Source of the DNA: Planctopirus limnophila DSM 3776 | GTDB lineage: Bacteria > Planctomycetota > Planctomycetia > Planctomycetales > Planctomycetaceae | Assembly (NCBI RefSeq): GCF_000092105.1 | Contig: NC_014148.1 | Location: 3,990,001-4,022,000 of the forward strand | Length of the DNA: 32,000 nucleotides | Direction: 5' to 3' | Part shown: positions 1-7,104 of the stretch, one piece after another | Numbering within the stretch: position 1 is the stretch's first letter | Layout of the letters: every line of letters starts with the position of its first letter | Notes under the pieces: model-generated | What the model was told of the DNA's origin: nothing | The model's input: the letters and a program-made list of their open reading frames with translations, nothing else | The model's database searches: none | Position numbers and translations under genes: made by a program

Positions 1-3000
1 GACCAGGGCGTCGACGTCGGCTTCCGATTTGATTTCCCGGTTGTGCAACGAAAGATCGACCGGGACGATCATCGGCTTCGATCCTCCGCTGAGATACTCA
101 TCCAGCAGCCTGTTCGCCTGCTCCTCGGCGGCCTGCAGCCGGACGGTGAACGGATCCTTGAGATCCCGCAGCGCCGGGGCGATGGCCGCCGCGGTGGTGT
201 CGCTACATGAGTTGTTGATGGGCCGAAGGACGTTGTGTCCTTTCTCTGAGGGGAGCGTACTGTAGCCATCCCGCATCCGGATACGGGCCCGCGCCTGTTC
301 AGCCTGTTGCTCCTGCCATTCCAATAGACGAGTCCGTTCCTCGCGGTAGGCCTGACAGACCACATCGAGATCCGGTTGAATCGCCAGGGCATCCACCCAC
401 GGACGCGACGAAGCGAGTTGTTCGGCAATCCGCTCGGCGCATTCCTGGGCGGGGCCGGTCAGCGTACCGAGTTCGCGCAACTGGGCGGCCTGATTCGTGG
501 CGACGTTGTGGGCATCGCGAAGCAGGCGCAGCGAGTCTTCGGTCAGTTCGGCCCCAAAGCGTTTAAGCAGCTTGACACCGTCGACCAGATCGTCGAGATG
601 CTTCTTCACCCGCTTGAGGGTTTCCTTTGTGTTACGGATTTTGGAAAGGCACTGTTCCAGAGCAGAATTGAGTCGGGTGAGTTCCGTCGGGGTCTCCCGA
701 TTGCCGGGCACGCGGTCAAACCGCACCAGGACGTCGCGCAGATCGGACGCGAGCGGATGAAACTTCTTCTCCACGGCATCGGCGATCGCGTTGTCTTCAC
801 GATCGAGCGGCGTGCCGAGTTGCTCATCAAAGAACTTGCAGATCCGAGCCCGTGCCCGCACACCGATGTCGTCGTCTCCCACCGGGATGAACTGAGCCTT
901 GCGAAAGGCGGTAGGCTTCTCGAAGACGTCTCGCACGCCGGCATCGCGAACCGCGGTGATTTCGTTCCCTTCGCCATCTTCGATTTTAATTTTGCTGCCA
1001 CGCAGCAGCCCTATGACGCAGGCTTTAATGACTTCGGCCTGGTAGGCATAAGGCGGGCCAGCGAACTTCGAGAGGAGATGAGCACCGGTGGCACCGTCTT
1101 CGGATTCGATCAGTTCGCGAATGCGCGTGGGGATCAGGCCGCTGCAGGTGGGGACGTATTTGCCGGCATCGAGTTCCAGAATGCCGAGTTCATCCTTGAG
1201 AAACCGTGTCGACGGACCGCTGAGTTCCTGAATCAGCAACTGATCCAGTTCCGATGGCTGGAGGGTGATCGGATCAAATTCCTTGTACAGGATCGGCATG
1301 ACTCGTTCAGCGACCTTCAGCAGTGCGCCGGCAAACTTGCTGCCGAAGTCGTCCGGCTTGTAAGTCTTGCCCCGGAAGTAGATGGTACCGGCCAGCCAGG
1401 CGGACTCCACAATGTCCTGGATGTCCGATTCCAGCGTTTCGGATTTGACCTCTTCCTGCTGCAGGAGCAGTTTTCGCTGCTCACTGAGGGAATCGCGGCG
1501 GGGAGCATATCGCTTGGCCATTCCTCGGGCGCGGGCCAACGCACGCGCCCGATCGGTCAGGTCGTTAGTGTCGCCGCACACCCAGATCAGGCGGTCGTGA
1601 AGATTCACTTCGTTGCTGCGTTCAATCCAAACCGATTCTGATCGTTCATCGGGCTGGGCGAAACGGAAGTCGACACAGACGACGGCTTCGTCCTTGGCAC
1701 GCACCAGCTTGTCGTCATCCATGCCCTTGCCATCAGAGAAGAGAGCGGCCCAGGGAAATGGCCGTTTTTTGAAGGCGGGCTTTTCCGGTTTCTCCATCAC
1801 CATCTGCAAGGCATCGCGAATGATTTCACTGATGACTTCACGGGAAGCGCGAATCTCACGTTTCTCGCGTTCCCACTCCTCACCAGCCGTCGATTGGATG
1901 CGGTAGCCCAGCTTTTCGGAGAAGGCAAGAAGGTTATCACGACGGAGTTCTTCGAGCGCTTCTGTGACTTCGTTGACCTGATTGCCGCGATCCATGCGAT
2001 CGTACAGGCACTGGGCAACCAGCTTGGCGTCGGTCGGTCGGGTATCCTGAATCAGTTCGAGCAGAGCGACCGCCTTTGCAACGCGCTGCAGCATAGGAGC
2101 ACGGTTGGCGGTTTCGTTCAGGATGCGGGCCATGCTGGCCTGCGTATCGGAATCGAGCGCGGTTTTTTGAATCTCGTAAATCGTGTCGAGTGTGATCAGG
2201 TTGCCAACGGGCAGATCGGCCAGATTCTGGTCACGAAACAGCTCACCCAACAGCTGCAACAGACCACGGATTGCCTGATCGTCTCCCTGGGCGCGAGCCG
2301 ACCGGATGCGCATGGCACTGGTGATTTGCAGCAGCAAATCAATTTGGCCTGGGAGCAACGGGTAGACTTCAACGAACTCGTCAGCAGAGACGTCTTCACA
2401 GCCGAACGCAAAGAGCTTGAGATCCGGCCGATGTTTCTCGAATCGCTTGCGAAGGTCCTTCGCGCCCGCTTCGGTCTTCTGCAGCAACCGGCGATGGACG
2501 ACGTCCCGGATGTTCGTGGCGGCAAGATGGACGCGGAGCTGCTGTGGAAAACGATCCTTGGCCCAGACGAGGAAAGCGTCGCCCGCGTCCTCATCGATCT
2601 TTTGCTGACCCAACGCAAGCAGCCAGACTTTGCCCTTCAACTGGCTACCGAGCTCAGATGCAAATGCCCTCAACTTGTCGACCCGCTGCTCGTGAGACAG
2701 CACGTACTGCGAGACTTCGTCCACGACGATAAACAAAGTGCCGTCGGGTTTGCGAAGCCGCATCATGTCACTGATGGCACAGACTGCTTCGGTGGGGGAG
2801 TCGGTCACCGTCGTCCCGGCCCGACTGTCGATCCAGCTCATCGGATTGGTGTAGCGGTCTTTGTCGAAGTGATGCAGGATTTCGGAGAAGACTTCGTCGG
2901 CAAACGGCTGGTCCTTTTCCTGTTCCCAGGGGTGACCGATCTGGTCAGACACCTCCAGGAACCGCGTCCATTCGCCAGCCTTTTCCAAACGCAGTTCGAA

Positions 3001-3564
3001 GTTGGCCACCAACGGCAGATTCGCACAGTATCCGAGTCGCTTTTGTACCTGACGCACACAGGCCGTGTGAATGTGTTCGTTGTCCCTGGCAAATCCACCG
3101 ATATCGAACACCACGGCGAACGGTTCGGCGATCAGTTGCCGCAGCTTCTTCCAGGCGTCGCGAAACTCCTGTGCTCGATCAGACAGGTCACGCGCCAGTA
3201 GCGCTTCGGCCAGCGACTGGCCATTGGGCAGTTCAAGCCCATCCAGCGACAGCCCCAGCAGTTTGGCAAAACTGGATTTACCAGAGCCATAGAATCCGGA
3301 GATCCATGCTGCAGGCAGCGAGGGGCCGCCATTCTTTTCCATCTCGCGGGAAATGGCGTTCAGCAGCCTGACGTATTGCTCGTGAATTCCATCAGGCACT
3401 CGTTTGAAGTTGGGATGATCTTTGTTCCAACCACCAGTGATAATGTACTCCGAGACTTCGTCCTGAACCTTTCCAGGACTCTGCTCGTGAAAATACACCA
3501 CCGGAGGAATGTCGCGAGTGACATCCTGGCGAAACAAGTGTCTGATTAAAGCGGGACTGCTCAT
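1..3564 (-). CDS. brxC: BREX ATPase BrxC/PglY (P-loop); the 3' end runs off the window, 1188 codons visible
   Basis: Absent from the ORF track because no stop codon is reached. ATG at 3564 (+ strand 'cat' 3562-3564) opens a minus-strand frame phased on nt 1. I spot-checked nt 1-360 and 3230-3564 and found no stops. My translation: MSSPALIRHLFRQDVTRDIPPVVYFHEQSPGKVQDEVSEYIITGGW...AAWISGFYGSGKSSFAKLLGLSLDG. Walker A (GFYGSGKS) is at nt 3274-3297. It follows brxA and brxB in the canonical order. The + strand ORFs 376..1641 and 1894..3201 are its antisense shadows. Confidence 0.85.
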   Translation of the reverse strand, partial: MSSPALIRHLFRQDVTRDIPPVVYFHEQSPGKVQDEVSEYIITGGWNKDHPNFKRVPDGIHEQYVRLLNAISREMEKNGGPSLPAAWISGFYGSGKSSFAKLLGLSLDGLELPNGQSLAEALLARDLSDRAQEFRDAWKKLRQLIAEPFAVVFDIGGFARDNEHIHTACVRQVQKRLGYCANLPLVANFELRLEKAGEWTRFLEVSDQIGHPWEQEKDQPFADEVFSEILHHFDKDRYTNPMSWIDSRAGTTVTDSPTEAVCAISDMMRLRKPDGTLFIVVDEVSQYVLSHEQRVDKLRAFASELGSQLKGKVWLLALGQQKIDEDAGDAFLVWAKDRFPQQLRVHLAATNIRDVVHRRLLQKTEAGAKDLRKRFEKHRPDLKLFAFGCEDVSADEFVEVYPLLPGQIDLLLQITSAMRIRSARAQGDDQAIRGLLQLLGELFRDQNLADLPVGNLITLDTIYEIQKTALDSDTQASMARILNETANRAPMLQRVAKAVALLELIQDTRPTDAKLVAQCLYDRMDRGNQVNEVTEALEELRRDNLLAFSEKLGYRIQSTAGEEWEREKREIRASREVISEIIRDALQMVMEKPEKPAFKKRPFPWAALFSDGKGMDDDKLVRAKDEAVVCVDFRFAQPDERSESVWIERSNEVNLHDRLIWVCGDTNDLTDRARALARARGMAKRYAPRRDSLSEQRKLLLQQEEVKSETLESDIQDIVESAWLAGTIYFRGKTYKPDDFGSKFAGALLKVAERVMPILYKEFDPITLQPSELDQLLIQELSGPSTRFLKDELGILELDAGKYVPTCSGLIPTRIRELIESEDGATGAHLLSKFAGPPYAYQAEVIKACVIGLLRGSKIKIEDGEGNEITAVRDAGVRDVFEKPTAFRKAQFIPVGDDDIGVRARARICKFFDEQLGTPLDREDNAIADAVEKKFHPLASDLRDVLVRFDRVPGNRETPTELTRLNSALEQCLSKIRNTKETLKRVKKHLDDLVDGVKLLKRFGAELTEDSLRLLRDAHNVATNQAAQLRELGTLTGPAQECAERIAEQLASSRPWVDALAIQPDLDVVCQAYREERTRLLEWQEQQAEQARARIRMRDGYSTLPSEKGHNVLRPINNSCSDTTAAAIAPALRDLKDPFTVRLQAAEEQANRLLDEYLSGGSKPMIVPVDLSLHNREIKSEADVDALV

Positions 3565-3581
3565 GGACGGCCCATCTGCTG

Positions 3582-4217
3582 TTAGTAAATCCGTGGTCTG
3601 TAGTCGCTGTCTGGGTCAACAACTCCCATGAAAGAGAGTCCTTTTTCTCCACGCCGTTCTCCGGGGTATAGCAAAACGACAGGGACGTTCCGTGTTCTGC
3701 CATCCAGATGGCGCAGTAGGGCTGATGATCGAAAGAACGGATACAGTGCGCCGGCCCGACCAACGATGGCGACCGTTCGATCAATGGTCTCTGCGTTCTG
3801 ATCGGCATAATCACAAATGATTCGACTGCAGTCGGCTGCGATGCCTTCCGGCCCCTCTATCAGCGGGGCAAGCCGTGTCTGAAGGTCCTGGATGCCACGC
3901 TCGATCGATTTTTGGGAAGTTCGTTTTTCGCGTTCGACTAACCGTTGAATGAAATCCTCACCCTGCGACCGAACGCGATCCAGGAGGAGCTTCTGCAGAT
4001 TGATCGTCAGCACCATCCAACCTTCGGATACGAGTTCGGTGTTGAGCCGGCGAACTTCACGCCGAAGACGGAATTCGTCTTTGGGATCGTATTGAACAAT
4101 CGCGAATCGATAGTTCCGCATCGTGCTGATGCGGGGGCCATCTTCCTGGATGAGGTCCGACCGCAGCGCATGAATCGCTTCCTGAAGCGGAGTTTGAGAG
4201 AAAAGATCGGCTGTCAT
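3582..4217 (-). CDS. brxB: BREX protein BrxB (DUF1788)
   Basis: 211-aa ORF. It carries RNYRFAIVQYDPKDEFRLRRE and a C-terminal VPVVLLYPGERRGEKGLSFMG...DYRPRIY, which fit my memory of the DUF1788 pattern. Its ATG overlaps the brxA stop (ATGA at 4214-4217). A 17-nt gap separates it from brxC. Confidence 0.85.
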   Translation of the reverse strand: MTADLFSQTPLQEAIHALRSDLIQEDGPRISTMRNYRFAIVQYDPKDEFRLRREVRRLNTELVSEGWMVLTINLQKLLLDRVRSQGEDFIQRLVEREKRTSQKSIERGIQDLQTRLAPLIEGPEGIAADCSRIICDYADQNAETIDRTVAIVGRAGALYPFFRSSALLRHLDGRTRNVPVVLLYPGERRGEKGLSFMGVVDPDSDYRPRIY

Positions 4218-4996
4218 GCTGTCTCCCGCAGTTGAGATTCCCCATGGAGGATCCTCGCCTCAGCCCACTCCGCGAGATCCTTGTATCGCCATGAGAACTC
4301 AAAGAGTTCTCCCTGTCTTCGGAGAGGGCAGTCGGGGAACGTTCTCGATCGTCGCTCAAGTTCCGGACCGGTCACGCCAACCGAAGCCAGATACGGGTTG
4401 TCAATCAGCGTGCCTTGAAACTGAATTTCACGCAGCAGATACAAAATGTAGCTTAGTGCTTCGTCGGTCACTCGCGGCGCCTGCCATTCACGTGGATCTC
4501 GGGTTCCCTTCAGGATGCCAGCTTCGCCTGCCGAAAAGAGCAGTTTTCTCGCAAACTGTATCCGTGTGGCGGTAGTCCAGCGCTGGGGAGCGGAATGATC
4601 GATCCAGCGAACAACAACATCTCTGGTCATTTCGGTTCGCCCGGCAGAATAGCGATCGACTAGGAAGCCGCCGGTGAATTCGCGGTAGAGCCGATCAGCC
4701 AACTGCAGGTGCCAATGACAGATCAAGCGGCGAGTGCTTGAGTCCATTGTCCCCCATCGATGCAGGATCGACATGGCAGGCGGGAACTGGTCAAATCGAT
4801 GTCGGAAATCATTGATAAGCCGAGTGACACGTGGCAAACTCCTCGCCCCAAACCAGTACTCTTTAAATGCGATTTGGGTGATAGTGTCATCGGCGGCTTC
4901 GGCAACACGATGCCAGTAAGCGCGACAATGCTCAACCTCAAGCGAGCACTTGAGGAGTCGCGTGTGAAATGCCGTGGTCTCCGAAGGCCGAGGCAT
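4214..4996 (-). CDS. brxA: BREX protein BrxA (DUF1819)
   Basis: The track ORF starts at TTG 4999. The next codon is ATG (4994-4996), which I prefer as the start. The N-terminus (TAFHTRLLKCSLEVEHCRAYW) resembles the DUF1819 'Y.a.l.kg.l..e' opening. The gene sits directly upstream of brxB. Confidence 0.75.
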   Translation of the reverse strand: MPRPSETTAFHTRLLKCSLEVEHCRAYWHRVAEAADDTITQIAFKEYWFGARSLPRVTRLINDFRHRFDQFPPAMSILHRWGTMDSSTRRLICHWHLQLADRLYREFTGGFLVDRYSAGRTEMTRDVVVRWIDHSAPQRWTTATRIQFARKLLFSAGEAGILKGTRDPREWQAPRVTDEALSYILYLLREIQFQGTLIDNPYLASVGVTGPELERRSRTFPDCPLRRQGELFEFSWRYKDLAEWAEARILHGESQLRETA

Positions 4997-5634
4997 CAAC
5001 TCGACCTCCGATAGTGTGGCAATGGATAGGAATCCGACAGCGGGTTGAATGCGGAAATCAAGTTGGAAACCGTCAGTTCAAGCGAATCCGGCTGTTTCCC
5101 TTTCAAACGGCGGCCCGCCGGAACATTCGTGAATTCAGCAGGATGGTGTCCTTCAAGCCACTCCACAAATTGCTCTGGATTCCAACTTTCGGAAACGATT
5201 TCCTTCAATCCAGGGAGAGCGATCGTCGGAGTGACCTGACGGCGTTTGAGGTCGGCAAGTCGATCATCGACACGCTCATCTACATCAAATCCCAAATAAA
5301 AAAGTGAGATAATTTCTTCGGCGTCGTGAGCGTGCCCACGCAGATCGGCGTCTCTCCTCCGTGCTGCTTCGCGCACACTTTGAAAGATGGCCCACTCCCA
5401 AGTATGTGGTAGCAAGCGACGAAAAAGATCTTCCCCACCAAACTCACTCTGGAGGTCAGTACGCCACCAGTCAAGCCGGGATTCTTCCCCGCCTTCTCCT
5501 GCCCAAGCGATGGCGAACTGGGCAGTGAGCAAATAGTCGAGAACGGACAACGGAATCTGTGTCCGAGCTGATGTGTCAATCGTGGCGGCTCCTTTGCCTG
5601 AGTCCTGTTCATAAACGGTTCGGAGATTTCTCAA
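4996..5634 (-). CDS. Uncharacterised protein coupled to brxA; candidate BrxE-like accessory gene (call based on position)
   Basis: 212-codon ORF. Its TGA stop (4996-4998) shares one nt with the brxA ATG. The only in-frame start at the 5' end is TTG (5634). I recognise no domain. A gene in this position is described for BREX type 6 (brxE). Confidence 0.45.
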   Translation of the reverse strand: MRNLRTVYEQDSGKGAATIDTSARTQIPLSVLDYLLTAQFAIAWAGEGGEESRLDWWRTDLQSEFGGEDLFRRLLPHTWEWAIFQSVREAARRRDADLRGHAHDAEEIISLFYLGFDVDERVDDRLADLKRRQVTPTIALPGLKEIVSESWNPEQFVEWLEGHHPAEFTNVPAGRRLKGKQPDSLELTVSNLISAFNPLSDSYPLPHYRRSS

Positions 5635-5732
5635 TCGACCACTCGGTCAACTCAAGCAACGCTTCCAAATCGTTTCCCGTGTAGAGACGATAATTGTTCA
5701 TTGAGTGGCGATACAAGCGACCATGATGAATT

Positions 5733-6341
5733 TCAAACAATGACGGGTTGTGGTTGCCAGGGTTTCCGGTCGCGGAGGATGGCATTGAGGGTGGTGATCA
5801 GCTTGTGCATGCAGGCCACCAGGGCCACTTTGAAGGCCTTCCCCGCGTTTCTTAATTTCTGGTAATAGCCGCGAATCACGGCGTTATGCCGGGTGGCGGC
5901 CAATGTGGCCATGTACAGAGCTGTGCGGACATTTTTTCGTCCGCCACGGATCATCCGCTGGCCACGACATTCACCACTGTCGCAGTTCATGGGAGCCACT
6001 TCCACAAGAGCTGCGATTTCTTCCCGCGAGCACTCGCCCAGTTCCGGTCAATCAAGCACCAGAACGCGGGCTGTCTGCGGGCCAATCCCGGGAACACTTT
6101 TGAGCAGCTCGACTTTTTCCTGTCAGGCAGGAGTCTGTCGAATCTGCGTGTCAATCTCATAATGGAGTTGCTGGAGACGGCTGCACCTGGTTGTTGAAAC
6201 CAAAGGTACTCTGTATGTCGACGAACTCCGCGATAAAGAGGGAGCCAAAATCGATTGCGGCAAAGCCCATTTCGAGGCGATCGCAGTGGAATCAAACCCG
6301 GCGAAGTTCATGCAGGCGAAGACAGTCGGTGATCTGTTCAA
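5733..6341 (-). pseudogene. IS110-family transposase relic (C-terminal Transposase_20/HhH part, N-terminal catalytic domain missing or degraded)
   Basis: My reading of a single minus-strand frame: ...RLQQLHYEIDTQIRQTPA*QEKVELLKSVPGIGPQTARVLVLD*PELGECSREEIAALVEVAPMNCDSGECRGQRMIRGGRKNVRTALYMATLAATRHNAVIRGYYQKLRNAGKAFKVALVACMHKLITTLNAILRDRKPW. There are two in-frame TGA stops (+ strand 'tca' at 6123-6125 and 6048-6050). They fall where W and L are expected. Confidence 0.8.
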
Positions 6342-6711
6342 TTGATTGTCCAGATGCCAGGCGAAGTCGTCAGTTGCTGTTGTTACGCTTGTTTCAGTGT
6401 TTCAGAAAGAGGTATGTACTGGCTCTTGGAGGCTCATCCATCAGACAGCGACTAACAATTCTATTTTCCTGATATAGTGTTTAATTATGTGTAACAACCG
6501 TAACAAGCATCTCCAAAGAAGTTCTAAGCAGTGCAATAGACAGCACTTACAGTGTTACCTGTGTTCTGCCCCACATTGGTAACTGATTGTCAACGGTTGC
6601 AACAAACGATCGTTAAAAACCAGATTTTGTGCTCGTATCCCTCGATTTGATGACCTGTCAGTGCTCAAGCTGTTCATCAGCTTCCGTAACCCTGTTCACA
6701 ACATTCGAGAT

Positions 6712-6755
6712 ACAGCCGTCGTTATCGAATGCAACAGCCGTCGTTATCGAATGCA
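6712..6755. repeat. Perfect 22-bp tandem duplication (acagccgtcgttatcgaatgca x2)
   Basis: Read directly: unit 1 is 6712-6733 and unit 2 is 6734-6755, identical at 22/22. The unit length is not a multiple of 3. Confidence 0.95.
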
Positions 6756-7104
6756 GAGGAGACGGGCTAATCAGCTCGTAAATGATCCGGGCCTGTCTAC
6801 GCTCCATGATCAATGCGATGGACAGCTCTCTCCACGCTCGTTCTTGAACGACTGTGCAACGGTTGTTTCCATCGGGTGAGCACCTGACAGCAGTTCAAGA
6901 GCAGGCTCGATTTCGTTCTCACTTGATCGACGATTTCGATTTTTCCGAAATCAGAGCCCTGCGAAAAACTCAACGGCCATACTTCCCTCAACCTCAAAAC
7001 CACCTTCGACTCTTCGAGCGGGAATGGGTCTCTGGCGAAAGCACTCCGGCGTCTCATTGAGAGACACCGGAGCATAACGCCAACAACCTTTGCTCCCTGG
7101 CTGA

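Noticed and set aside
376-3201. Two long + strand ORFs (376..1641, 421 aa; 1894..3201, 435 aa)
   Set aside because: Both start at non-ATG codons. Both have the composition typical of antisense translation. They lie entirely opposite the stop-free minus-strand brxC frame, which has a clear Walker A and a BrxC-like N-terminus. I treat them as shadow ORFs.
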